A stretch of DNA of 64,000 nt, taken from positions 9,654,930 to 9,718,929 of the forward strand of contig NC_057720.1 in NCBI RefSeq assembly GCF_004010195.1. Direction: 5' to 3'. The translations under genes and the position numbers were made by a program. The notes below the pieces were generated by a model. It was not told the origin of the DNA. It ran no database searches and saw nothing but the letters and a program-made list of their open reading frames with translations. Within the stretch, counting starts at the first letter, position 1. Every line of letters starts with the position of its first letter. Positions 37,611 through 49,912 of the stretch are shown piece by piece. The stretch comes from Chiloscyllium plagiosum. Taxonomy: Eukaryota.

Positions 37611-37884
37611 TTGAGAAATAAAGAGAAAAACTATAATTCTACATTTCAGTTCTTAATATTATAAATTAAGAAGATAAAGAAATAAAGTTGAAAGATAAAC
37701 ATTACAGCCCTTCTATAGCTTTCCACATGTGGTCTTGCTCTCCCCATACTGCCGGGATTGAATTCTGTGACAGACAGACTGCTGGACACCCCAGTAAACC
37801 AGCCAACCCCACCAGGTCCCCAAACCACCCGTCACTCCAGCCCTGCGGCTGGTAGATGCCCCATTCAGCGCTGGTCTGCTGACT

Positions 37885-40340
37885 GCTGGACACCCCACTC
37901 GCTCCGGCCTTGTGACCACTGGACACCTGCTCCCTCTGGCCTTGTGGCCACTGGACACACCACTCGCTCTGGCCTTGTGATCATTGCACACCCCACTCGC
38001 TCTGGTCTATGACCACTGGACGCCCCACTCACTCTGGCCTTGTGACCACTGGATACCCCACTTGCTCTGGCCTTGTGATCATTGGACACCCCACTCGCTC
38101 CGGCCTTGTGACCACTGGATGCCCCACTCACTCTGGCCTTGTGACCACTGGATACCCCACTCGCTCTGGCCTTGTGATCACTGGACACCTGCTCGCTCTG
38201 GCCTTGTGACCACTGGACACCTGCTCACTCTGGCCTTGTGACCACTGGACACCCCACTCTCTCCGGCCTTGTGATCACTGGACACCCCACTCGCTCGGCC
38301 TTGTGACGACTGGACACCTGCTCGCTCCAGCCTTGTGACCACTGGTCACCCGCTCACTCTGGCCTTGTGACCACTGGACACCCCATTTGTTCCTGCCTTG
38401 TGACCACTGGACACCCCTCTCACTCAGCCTTGTGTCTACTGGACACCACATTCGCTCCGGCCTTGTGACTACTGGACATCTGCTCGCTCTGGCCTTGTGA
38501 CTACTGGACACCCCATTCGCTCCGGCCTTATGATCACTGGACACCCCACTCACTCCGGCCTTGTGACCACTGGACACCTGCTCGCTCTGGCCTTGTGATC
38601 ACTGGACACCTGCTCGCTCCGGCCTTGTGACCACTGGACACCCCACTCGCTCTGGCCTCGCAATCACTGGACACCTGCTCGCTCCGACCTTATGATCACT
38701 GGACACCTGCTCGCTCTGGACTTGTGATCACTGGACACCACACTTGCTCCAGCCTTGTGATCACTGGACACCACACTTGCTCAGCCTGTGACCACTGGAC
38801 ACCACACTTGCTCTGGCCTTGTAACCACTGGACACCTGCTTGCTCTGGCCTTGTGACCACTGGACACCTTCTCACTCTGGCCTTGTGATCACTAGACATC
38901 TGCTCACTCTGGCCTTGTGATCACTGGACACCTGCTCACTCTGGCCTTGTGACTACTGGACACACCATTCGCTCCGGCCTTGTGATCACTGAACACCTGC
39001 TCGCTCCGGCCTTGTGACCACTGGACACCTGCTCACTCTGGCCTTGTGACTACTGGACACACCATTCGCTCCGGCATTGTGATCACTGGAACACCCCACT
39101 CGCTCTGGCCTTGTGATCACTGGACACCTGCTCGCTCTGGCCTTGAGATCACTGGACACCTGCACGCTCCGGCCTTGTGAGCAATGGACACCTGCTCATT
39201 CTGGCCTTGTGATCATTGGTCACCCCACTCGCTCTGGTGTATGACCACTGGACGCCCCACTCGCTCTGGCCTTGTGACCACTGGACACCTGCTCGCTCTG
39301 GCCTTGTGATCACTGGACACCTGCTTGCTCCAGCCTTGTGAGCACTGGACACCTGCTCGCTCTGGCCTTGTGATCATTGAACACCCCACTCTCTCCGGCC
39401 TTGTGAGCACTGGACACCTGCTCGCTCTGGCCTTGTGATCATTGGTCACCCCACTCGCTCTGGTCTATGACCACTGGATGCCCCACTCGCTCTGGCCTTG
39501 TGACCACTGGACACCTGCTCACTCTGGCCTTGTGATCACTGGACACCCCACTCTCTCCGGCCTTGTGATCATTGGACACCTGCTCGCTCCGGCCTTGTGA
39601 CCACTGGACACCCCACTCGCTCGGCCTTGTGACTATTGGACACCTGCTCACTCCGGCCTTGTGACCACTGGACACCTGCTCACTCTGGCCTTGTGACCAC
39701 TGGACACCCCATTCGCTCCAGCCTTGTGACCACTGGACACCCCACTCGCTCCGGCCTTGTGATCACTGGACACCCACTCGCTCCGGCCTTGTGATCACTG
39801 GACACCTGCTCACTCTGGCCTTGTGACCACTGGACACCCCACTCGCTCTGGCCTTGTGACTACTGGACACCTGCTCGCTCCGGCCTTGTGACCACTGGAC
39901 ACCTGCTCACTCTGGCCTTGTGACCACTGGACAACCCATTCGCTCCGGCCTTGTGACCATTGGACACCCCACTCGCTCCGGCCTTGTGACCACTGGACAC
40001 CTGCTCGCTCTGGTCTTGCGATCACTGGACACCTGCTCACTCCGGCCTTGTGATCACTGGACACCGCACTTGCTCCAGCCTTGTGACCACTGGACAGCTG
40101 CTCGCTCTGGCCTTGTGAGCACTGGACACCTGCTCCTTCCGGCCTTGTGATCATTGGACACCCCACTCGCTCTGGCCTTGTGATCATTGGACACCCCACT
40201 CACTCTGGCCTTGTGACCACTGGACACCTACTCATTCTGGCCTTGTGACCACTGGAGACCCCGCTCACTCTGGGCCTTGAGACCACTGGATGCTCTATTT
40301 GGCTCTGACCCTCTGACCACTGGCCATCCTGCTCTGGCCC
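37885..40340. repeat. Minisatellite, 32/33-bp unit, ~75 copies
   Basis: ctggacaccccactcgctctggccttgtgacca (33) interspersed with ctggacacctgctcgctctggccttgtgatca (32). Confidence 0.97.
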
Positions 40341-40904
40341 TCAGCTACCGCTGTGCTGCTGCTCTCTTCACAAGCCAATGTCGGCTAAAATAGAAATACT
40401 AAAAAATTTAAAAAAGATAAGGAAAGAAGGAGAAGCAGGCAGAAAGCATGAGCCTCTGGCTGAGCCCAGATGTTTCCTACTCCACTGCCACCATCTTGTG
40501 AAAAGATGATGTCGGTTTCAATTGGGTGGGGGGTGGAGTTCCAGTAAGAAGTGCACAAGGCAAGCCAGTCTCATTTGCAAGTTTTAATTTCGTTTTCATT
40601 TTGGGAATCACTGAACTACTTTTGAAGCGTACTTGCTTTTGTAAAATAGAAACCGTCCAATAATTCATGCACAGCAAGGTTCCACAAACAGCATTGTGAT
40701 AGTGACCAGATGATCAGTTGAGCTATGAATAGAATCATAAAGTCCAATCTGTCCTTGCTGACCAGATATCCCAACCCAATTTAGTCCCACCTGCCAGCAC
40801 CCGGCCCATATTCCTCCAAACCCTTTCTATTCATATACCCATCCAGATGCCTTTTAAATGTTGAGGGGTGAAGACCCCTCTTTCAAACTCATGACTGCCT
40901 TCAG

Positions 40905-40997
40905 CAGGGTGGACCGAGGCAGGGTGGACCGAGGCAGGGTGGACAGAGGCAGGGTGGACTGAGGCAGGATGGACAGAGGCAGGGTGGACAGAGGCAG
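40905..40997. repeat. 15-bp tandem repeat x6
   Basis: agggtggac(c/a/t)gaggc. Confidence 0.9.
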
Positions 40998-41240
40998 CAG
41001 GTACATGGGAACATCACCAGTTACAAGCTCCCCCATAATCCACTCGTCTTCCTGCCTTGGAAATATATCGCTGCTCCTTCAGTGTCGCTGAGTTAAAATC
41101 CTGGAATTCCTTCCTGAACAACATTGCAGGGATATCTACACCAACTGGACGGCAGTTGTTCATAAATCAACTCACCACGACGTTCTGCAGAGCAACTAGA
41201 GACAGGCTAACAATGTCCACATCCCATGAATGAAGAAAAA
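40998..41240 (+). mobile_element. L2-type LINE 3' end
   Basis: ttggaaatatatcgctgctccttcagtgtcgctg..tcctggaattcc, tail ccacatcccatgaatgaag. Confidence 0.75.
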
Positions 41241-41299
41241 CATAATGAATTGCAAGCTGCAGGCAGTTCTGAAGAAGGGTCACTCAACCCTGGGTTTAG

Positions 41300-41910
41300 A
41301 ACAGATTTACAAGGATGTAGCCAAGATTGGAGAGTTTGAGTTACAGGGACAGGATGAATAGGCTGGGGTTATTTTTTTTGGAGCATCAGAGGCTGAGGGG
41401 TGACCCTATAAATGTTTATAAAATCATGAGGGACATGGAAAGGGTAAATAGACATTCCCGATGAAGGACTTTTGCCTGAAATGTCAATTTTCCTGCTCCT
41501 CGGATGCTGCCTGACCTGCTGTGCCTTTCCAGCACCACTCTAATCTAGACTCTAACCTTCAGCATCTGTAGTACCCACTTCCACCAAAGTCGACAAGGTT
41601 TTTTCTCCAGGGTGGGGGAGTTAAAAACTAAAGGGCATAGGTTTAGGGTGAGGGGGAAAGATTTAAAAGGGAGTTGGGGGTACAATGTTTTCACACAGAG
41701 GTGGTGCGTGTATGGAATGAGCTGCCAGAGGAACTGGTGGAGGCTGGTACAATTACAACATTTAAAAGGCATCTGGATGGTTATAATAAATGGGAAGGGT
41801 TTGGAGGGATATCGGCCAAGTGCTGGCAAATGGGACTAGATTAATTTAGGATATCTGGTCGGCATGGACAAGTTGGACCAAGGGGTACATTTCCATGCTG
41901 TATTCTAACT
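41300..41910 (+). mobile_element. CR1 3' end with nested PLE family A fragment (~41455-41585)
   Basis: TKGHRFRVRG..FTQR; inside it ccgatgaaggacttttgcctgaaatgtc. Confidence 0.8.
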
Positions 41911-43274
41911 GTAAGCATTAACTCTGATTTCTCTCCACAAATGTTGCCAGACCTGCTGAGCTTTTCCAGCAATTTCTGTTTTTGTATCTTCCATTTGGTT
42001 TCAGCCAATAAAAGCTGTTTTTTTTTTCCCTTGTATTCAGCAAATGCAAAGCAATGTTTGTTAGAAGAGGAAGCAAGCTGACAATGAATGTGTCCATTAA
42101 CAACTTCGGCAAAAGGAAAAGGACAGGGTGGGGATGATTGAAAGTATGTGAAAAATAATTTCCAACAAGCGGTGACTAATATTGAAACACAACTTGAGAC
42201 ATTTACCTTTACCCTGCATCATTCCATTTGCTTTTGTAAGAGGCACTTATTTCAGCTTTAATTGCAAGAATGTAGAAACCAGGTGTGTTTATGGATGGTG
42301 ACATCGAGTCAAATGAGAAAAAAAATACAGGGCTGTATGACACAGAGCTCCTAAGAATTTCGATGTTATGCACAAATTCAGTTATCAATCAGCAAACATT
42401 TCCAGGTCAGGAAACTTCTTATATTTAACAGTAGATGTGAAGTCACAATGAAATTGAACAGTTTACACTGCTAAATGAGAATTCTTTATCTCAGACGCAG
42501 ACTCATAAGCCCTATTTTTAGTTTATGTGAGTGTGGCCAAACCATGATTTAACACGGTATTGGAAGCTTTGAGAGCTGACATGAAGAAACCAGTCTCCCA
42601 GGGTTAGGATTAAGTTAGCACCATCGCAATTTGATTTGACCCACTGTGTGTCCAACACACGTAGAAATCCTTCACTGGTTTTAAAGCTAAACGTGATTCA
42701 AGCTGCTGAGAGAAATGTACACAGCTAAGAGTTTCGCAGTTTTGATACACACTCATTTCCTCTCTCTCGGACCACATCCCCCTTCATGCATTTTCAAGTT
42801 ATGAGGTGGGAGTCAGCAAGGAACAGGAAGTTATCTCCGAGTGTAAAGCATGAGATTTAGTTGGTCAAATCTCGACAGATTAGCATTGCAGCAGACTGTC
42901 CACTTAATCAGCTGATTCCATGCTTTCAGATATTGGTATCCATGCGTATTACAAAGCAGGTAGAATTCTTATTATCTCCACCAATGGACCAGAAGACTAG
43001 GTTCAACTAGGTGATCCAGAGGGGTGCCACAATATCTCTGAGCAGATACGTTAGGAAAATCACAATTTAAAATCTGTTGGCCCCTATTTCGTTGAAATGG
43101 CTATATAGAGGCCAGTATCCAGTCACCAAGTCACGCTTTATTTACACGTGCACAGGAACACTGGCTGTGACCAGCTGACTCAGAGTCAATCCCTGAACTG
43201 AGGAAATTCTGAGTCCACTACTTATATTTTTTGTTGCATCCAGCCAACTCAAACTCAGTCCCTGAATTTAGGAG

Positions 43275-44130
43275 TCATAGAGTCATAGAGATGTACAGCA
43301 TGGAAACACACCCTTCGGTCCAACTAGTCCATGCTGACCAGACATTCTAATCTAATCTATTCCCATTTGCCAGCACTTGGCCCATATCCCTCCAAACCCT
43401 TCCTATTCATATACCCATTCAGATGCCTTTTAAATGTTGTAATTGTACCAGCCTCCACCACTTCCTCTGGCAGCTCATTCNNNNNNNNNNNNNNNNNNNN
43501 NNNNNNNNNNNNNNNNNNNNNNNNNNNNNNNNNNNNNNNNNNNNNNNNNNNNNNNNNNNNNNNNNNNNNNNNNNNNNNNNNNNNNNNNNNNNNNNNNNNN
43601 NNNNNNNNNNNNNNNNNNNNNNNNNNNNNNNNNNNNNNNNNNNNNNNNNNNNNNNNNNNNNNNNNNNNNNNNNNNNNNNNNNNNNNNNNNNNNNNNNNNN
43701 NNNNNNNNNNNNNNNNNNNNNNNNNNNNNNNNNNNNNNNNNNNNNNNNNNNNNNNNNNNNNNNNNNNNCCCCCACCCCAGTCTGACCTATCACCCTCACC
43801 TTGACCTCTTTCCACCTATCACATTTATGACGCCCCTCCCCCAAGTCCCTCCTCCCTACCTTTTATCTTAGCCTGCTGGACAAACTTTCCTCATTCCTGA
43901 AGAAGGGCTTATGCCCGAAACATCGATTCTCCTGTTCCCTGGATGCTGCCTGACCTGCTGAGCTTTTCCAGCAACACATTTTCAGCTCTGATCTCCAGCA
44001 TCTGCAGACCTCACTTTCTGCTCAAATCCTCCAACCCAGGCAACATCCTTGTAAATCTTTTCTGAACCCTTTCAAGTTTCACAACATCTTTCCAATAGGA
44101 AGGAGGCCAGAATTGCACACAATATTTCAA
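43275..44130 (-). mobile_element. CR1 3' end with a nested PLE family A element across a gap
   Basis: NELPEEVVEAGTITTFKRHL; after the gap attcCTGAAGAagggcttatgcccGAAAcatc near 43893-43925. Confidence 0.8.
43481..43768. other. Assembly gap
   Basis: Run of N. Confidence 1.
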
Positions 44131-44676
44131 AAGACTCTCTGAATCCTCTGTTTATATATTTTTTATTCAGCATCATACAAATTGACAATACACATGGCAC
44201 ACTGACAGTTAACAGTCAAAAGAAAGACACTGGGTCTCCAAAACTAATGCCCCAAGATCCCCTGTAACCAACAGGAAAAGCAGCACACAGAATCAACAAA
44301 ATAAACCAAATAAAAACAGGGAACAGCTGAAAAACAGTGCATGAGAAGAAACCCAAACCCCAGCACCCCCAGCAAAATGAACGCTCCCCAGATACATACA
44401 AAACGCAATGCACATGTGGAAACGCGATTCAATCATGACCTACATGATAAGGTACGATGCAAACACGATACACACATAAGAGTACAGTGCATGTGTGAGG
44501 GGACAGAGTCCACTGACAAGGCAGAGTCCACTTGCAAAGCAGGGGCCACCCCTTGACACAGGGGCCATTCCCAGAGTACTCCATCCGACCCAGAATCCAC
44601 TTCCCAAACCAGAACCTGCCTCCGACAGCAGGGGTCGCTCCCGATGGCAGGTCCTCCTCCCCTTGCCAGGGTGTAC

Positions 44677-45351
44677 TGTCACAAAGCTGGACCTATGTCT
44701 AAAAGCTGTTCCTTCTGCTCAAAGTTACCGACCCCTTGATTTATTTTCACAGGGTTTGTAAAACAGCCCAGGCTCCGAATCGGCTGAAGTGGTACAGAGA
44801 TGGAAGGGTTTACTGAGAGGCTTTTTGTTTAAGCATGAACAAATGAGTCTTCAGGCCAAAGCTTTTATGTTTTAGAAGTAACTTGGATAGTCAAGGGAGC
44901 GTAGGCAGCTCTCTAGTTGTGCAGTTCAATTCAGAACTTTTCTTAGTTCAGGTCAGCAGTGGTGTGTGTGAAGGGGGGCGGCTGAATTCAGTCAGTTGAG
45001 ACTGGAACTTCTCTCTCTCCTTCTGCCCTTCTAACTTCGACCTGTAAGTCTCTGCTACATTTTTATTCTGTGTTCATGGAATTTGTTTATTGGGACTGTT
45101 GTGTATTTTCAGAACAGCATAACTAAGTCTAGTTTGGACAGCATAAGTTAGGCAATATTCTGTGTTTCTGTTCTTTGTGTTTCATTCTGTAATTTTGTGA
45201 ATAAATTTCTGTCTGTTTTAAAACCTGGTAGTCAGCCTAGCTAACTTACTGTGGGTAATTTTCACTGTACCCTTACTGAAACAAATAGCAAAGTTACCAT
45301 CTGGGCTGCCTGCTTATGAATGTTTTGAGTGGTCTGGCCTGGTCCATAGCA
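44677..45351 (+). mobile_element. Solo LTR, ~675 bp
   Basis: TG..CA termini (tgtcac..catagca), flanks gtac/gcac, AATAAA near 45200; relative at 51323-51800. Confidence 0.7.
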
Positions 45352-45800
45352 GCACACATTGCACCCCAAAGTTCAGCTCCCCCAATGAGGTCCGGCCCAC
45401 TCACACTGCCACAATCCACTCCCGGGAGCCTAGCCCCCATACAACGAACCGGCCTACTCAGTAAGGTTTGGCCCACCACGGAGATTCACTCCATGCACAG
45501 GAATTGAGGCAGGGCAGGTAAAAAGTTCAGTCCAAACAGCTGACCGTGGAACAAAGAACAAGTCCCACCGCCAAATTGCCTCTTCCACGCCCACACCTTC
45601 TCCAAGGTAGCAATACCCGATGGTAGCAACTGGCCAGCTGAAAAGCCAGTTCCCCAAGGAAAAGGAATAAACCCAGCAGTGCCAGCTTAACCTCAGTTCC
45701 TAAAGAAGGAAAATAAAACAGCTCCGTTAAAAGAAAGAAGGCCCCATCATACCATTGGCGGTGCCCAGCCAGCTCAGAAGACGGTTCCCCAGGGCACATT

Positions 45801-46116
45801 GGGCGGCACGGTGGCACAGTGGTTAGCACTGCTGCCTCACAGCGCCAGAGACCCGGGTTCAATTCCAGCCTCAGGCGACTGACTGTGTGGAGTTTGCACG
45901 TTCTCCCCGTGTCTGCGTGGGTTTCCTCCGGGTGCTCCGGTTTCCTCCCACAGTCCAAAGATGTGCAGGTTAGGTGAATTGGCCATGCTAAATTGCCTGT
46001 AGTGTTAGGTAAGGGGTAAATGTAGGGGTATGGGTTGGTTGTGCTTTGGCGGGGCGGTGTGGACTTGTTGGGCCGAAGGGCCTGTTTCCACACTGTAAGT
46101 AATCTAATCTAATCTA
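45801..46116 (+). mobile_element. Full-length young HE1-like V-SINE
   Basis: gggcggcacggtggcacagtggttagc (A box), ggttcaattcc (B box), CpG-rich, (aatct)n tail. Confidence 0.95.
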
Positions 46117-46379
46117 AAAACAAAAACCAACAGTAACACTGGCTATGGCCAGCCAGCTCAAAGTCAGCGCCTGAACTGAGGAGATTCTGAGTCCTCTATT
46201 TATCTCTTTTTTGTGCATCCAGCCAAATCAGAATCAGCCACTGAAGTCAGGAGTCTCTCCAAATCCTCAGTTTATATTTTTCAGCCAAGTGAACAAGCCC
46301 AATCAATGATCTCACAGTCGTGATTCCAATCACTACAGTACAAACATAGGGAAGGGGAAGAAAATAAAAAAAGTAGTGA

Positions 46380-47200
46380 GGTGTTCCTCAAACTATGCAA
46401 GACACAAGTCATATGTCAGCTGGAATACTGTGAACATTATTTGGCTCCTTATCTGAAGAAAGTGGTACTGATATTAAAAGCAAAACAGAGAGAAGGTTTC
46501 CTGTGTATGGAGGGATTTTATTATGATGAGAGAATGGATATGCTGGGCTTGCACTCATTGGAATTTAAGAAAATGAGAGGTGACTTTATCAAAATGTGTA
46601 AGATACTTAGCAGCCTTGACAGTGAAGATGTGGAGAATTGGTTTCCCCTTCTTAAAGTGTCTCAAGACCAGAGGGAATAATCTCTGACTAAGGGGGTGAC
46701 AGAGGTGAGGAATCTCTTCTCTCAGAGAGAAGTGTGTATGGGGAATTCTTAACAAGAGACGCATGTAGAGGTTGGGCATTAAGTATATTCAAAGTTGAGA
46801 TAAACAAATTTTTAATCAAAGCCAAAAGAACTGTGGGTGCTGTAAATCAGAAACAAAACCAGAAATTGCTGGAAAAGTTCTGCAGGTCTGGGAGCGTCTG
46901 TGGAGAGAAATCGGAGTTAACGTTTCGGGTCCGATGACCATTCCTCAGAAGCCTTCTGAGTTCTGGGTTCTAAGGAAGGGTCACCATACCAGAAACACGA
47001 ACTGATTTCTCTCCACTGATGCTGCCAGATCTGGTGTGTTTTTCAAGCCATTTCGAGTTTTTTTTTTAATCAATAAAGAGAAACAAAGGTTTTGGGAAAA
47101 GGAAGGAAAGTGGAGTTGAGGATTTTCGGTTCAACCATGATCTTGTTAAATGGTAAGAATGGACCTGATGGGTGGAATGGCCTCTGTTCTGTGGTTTTAT
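46380..47200 (+). mobile_element. CR1 3' end
   Basis: QLEYCEHYLAPYLKK..LGLHSLEFKKMRGD. Confidence 0.8.
46820..47062. mobile_element. Palindromic PLE-derived element (family B) with hammerhead at 46915-46950 (-)
   Basis: TSD tttttaatcaa; minus strand tt-CTGAGGA-a-tggtc-atcg-gaccc-GAAA-cgtt-aact. Confidence 0.8.
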
Positions 47201-47749
47201 GGTCCCAACCAAGAGTCAAAAGTCTATAACTAGCATATTTAGAGGGAGGAATCACAAAACATGACAACTTACAATGATTGATGAAAGCACAAAGAGCAGT
47301 CTGTTCCTATATGATTCCTGCCCAACATCAAGGCTGCGTGGTTCATGAATCATGGAGCTGATTAATGTCAATCTATCGGCTCAGTTTCTTACTGTGAGGG
47401 TGATGGTTGTGCATCAAAAATGAATCACCATTGATATCCCAAAAGACACGATTTTTGACTTGGCCTCAATTTATTGCTGAGTTCTCCCATCCAAAGCAGG
47501 CAGGAGGTTTGTTAAAACATTTACACCATGGCCCTGAAATGGGATTAGAGTCCAGGAGATAATACCAAACTTTCCCCGTTCTCTCCATATGCTCATTTGA
47601 GTCATCCCACTGCGATATTAAAATGAAGCCCAATTAATGACTTAAACACCCCACTAAGGTCATCGATAGACGGTGATATTTGAAACTCATCTCACCACTC
47701 CCACCTCACCTCACCCCCCACACCCAAATGGTATCCCTTTCTTACTGTA

Positions 47750-47969
47750 CAGACTGTTCTGATATAACATGATCATTCCGTTCCCGTGCAATCCCACATT
47801 ACAAGAAAATCACATAATAGCAGCATAATTTAAAATCAAAGGGACCGGAATCACCATATAACCAATACAGATAAGGAAAGTTCATGTTCTACAAATAACG
47901 GTCTAAGTTCTTCAATTGCATTTTAGCCAATTTGCATTGAAGAAACACGTGTGAGAGCAGAACCGACTG
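47750..47969. mobile_element. Tigger/pogo-like MITE with TA TSD
   Basis: TA-cagactgttctg ... cagaaccgactg-TA. Confidence 0.8.
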
Positions 47970-48189
47970 TACTGGTGACCTACATCGGCTCCTGATCTAG
48001 CAGTACCACAGAGATCCTATTTTTGACCTTGAGCTCAAATCCTACACTCTTCCCAATCACTGTACTCTCCTCTGGTTGCATAACCCCCTCAGAACATTCT
48101 TCCTTTTTCACATGCTCAGTTTTCTTTAACCTCACCCCGATGGCCGGGCATGTCCCCCCACTCTACCATCACCATCAAACCACAGGTTC

Positions 48190-49050
48190 GACCTGACACA
48201 AAGAGCAAATGAAGGCATTGCCAGGAGCAGCATTTGGCCCAGCTAAAATGGAGTTGCTAAGAAATTCTGGTGAAGCTACAACTCAAGCCAACTTGCGGGC
48301 TAAACACCAGGAGGAGCAAGCAATAGATAGGGCTAAATGATCCGACAACCAGCAGATCAGATCTGAGCTCTGTTGCCTTGCCACATCCAGTCGTGAATGG
48401 TGGTGGACAATTAACAGCTCACTGGGACGGCATGGTGGCTCAGTGGTTAGCACTGCTGCCTCACAGCACCGGGGTCCCAGGTTCGATTCCAGCCTCGAGC
48501 GACTGTCTGTGTGGAGTTTGCACATTCTCCCTGTGTCTGCGTGGGTTTCCTCTGGGTGCTCCGGTTTCCTCCCACTGTCAAAAAGATATGCAGAGCAGGT
48601 AAATTGGCCATGCTAAATTGCCCACAGTGTTAGGTGGATTAGCCAGAAGGAAATAGGTCTGGGTGGATTACGCTTTGGAGGGTCGGTGTGGACTTGTTGG
48701 GCTGAAGGGTCTGTTTCCACACTGTAGGGAATCTAATCTAATTTCCATCTTCCATGCTGGAAGAGTCCAGCACATCAGTGCAAAAGGTAAAGCTGAAGGA
48801 CAATCAGAAATGCTGATCCATCTCGGTTTCTTCCCGAAATCCCCAGCATCACAGATGGCAGTTTTCAGCCAATTCGATTCATTCGACGTGACATCAAGAA
48901 AGCTTCAGAGGCACTAGATACTGCAAAGGCTGTGGCTCCTGACAATATTCTAGCAATTGGACTGAAGACCTGTGCTCCAAAACATGCCCCTCCCCTTGCC
49001 AAGCTATGCTGAACGTTTGCCTGGCAATGTGGAAAATTACCCAGGTATAG
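48190..49050 (+). mobile_element. L2/Crack-type LINE internal fragment with a nested HE1-like SINE (48424-48742, +)
   Basis: ctagatactgcaaaggctgtggctcctgacaatatt (LDTAKA.GPDNI-like); SINE with full head and tail. Confidence 0.75.
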
Positions 49051-49240
49051 TAGAATAGAATCCCTACAGTGTGGAAACAGGCCCTTCGGCCCAACAAGTC
49101 CACACTGGCCCTCCAAAGGGTAAGCCAGCCAGAGTCATTCCCCTACCCAATTATCCTACCTTAACCCCTGAGTAAAGTCCTAACCTATCTACCCCTGAAC
49201 GCTACAGGCCATGTAGCTTGACCAATCCACCCTGACCTGA
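49050..49240 (-). mobile_element. HE1-like SINE 3' part
   Basis: agaatccctacagtgtggaaacaggcccttcggcccaacaagtcc. Confidence 0.75.
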
Positions 49241-49584
49241 TGCTCTTGCCATCTTTCCTATTGGACCCTAGGGTATTTAGTGGTCTTTAACTCACTTTGA
49301 TTCCTGAGGATTTTTTTTCCCCTTGTGATAGTTGCTGTATTTATTTCATCTCCATCTCTTCTCCCTTGATTATTTAGTATTTTTGGAATGTGATTTATAT
49401 CCTCCACTGTGAAGACTGAAGCAAAGTATTTCTTCAATTTATCTGCGGCTCCTGATTCCCCAATATGATTTTATTAACCTCATTCTGTAAGGGGCCTATG
49501 CTTACTGTCTCTTCCTTTTAAAGGAGCACTTTTTGTCTGTTTTTATACAGTTTAGACTTGAAGTATATTTTCTTCTTATAGAAA

Positions 49585-49912
49585 AAATACAGCATGGAAA
49601 CAGTCCATTCGACCCATCGAGTCCAGACTGACCATTTGACGAGCATCCCACCCATTCTCACTCCTCTGCCCTATCCCTGTAGCACATGCATTTCCCCTGG
49701 CTAACCCACCCAGCTTGCATATGCCTGCACACGATGAGCAATTTCCCATGGCCAATCCACCTAACCTGCACATCTTTGGACTGTGGGAGGAAACCCACGC
49801 AGACACAGGGCGAATGTGCAAAATCCACACAGACAGTTGTCCGAGGTTGGAACTGAAGCTGAGTACCTGGCGCTGTGAGGCAGCAGTGCTAATCACTGAG
49901 ACATCATGCCAC
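49585..49912 (-). mobile_element. HE1-like V-SINE within a decayed minus-strand CR1 (~49260-50580)
   Basis: SINE head and core; flanking ATLDL..SPLENSDHNM endonuclease-like remnant. Confidence 0.75.

Larger units (their letters stand above)
37270..40498 (-). mobile_element. Apparently full-length non-coding retroposon with a large internal VNTR
   Basis: Minus strand starts caagatggtggc, then a T-rich segment, the VNTR, and a 3' body/tail similar to 17300-17600. Confidence 0.6.
43093..46337 (-). mobile_element. Short LTR-like repeat (related to 24616-24850) hosting a nest of insertions
   Basis: Ends tgaaatgg.. and ..cactaca; unit acactggct..ctgaactgagga.attctgagtcc occurs at ~43158 and ~46136. 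Confidence 0.45.

Noticed and set aside
37885..40340. CRISPR-like array of ~33-bp repeats
   Set aside because: Units are head-to-tail with no unique spacers and there are no cas genes; this is a vertebrate minisatellite. Its many short ORFs are repeat artefacts.
42040..42145. Strong polypyrimidine acceptor followed by a possible donor
   Set aside because: All frames stop before the donor and there is no recognisable product.
45801..45875. tRNA gene
   Set aside because: The tRNA-like A and B boxes continue into a SINE body and tail found many times in the window; it is a SINE head.
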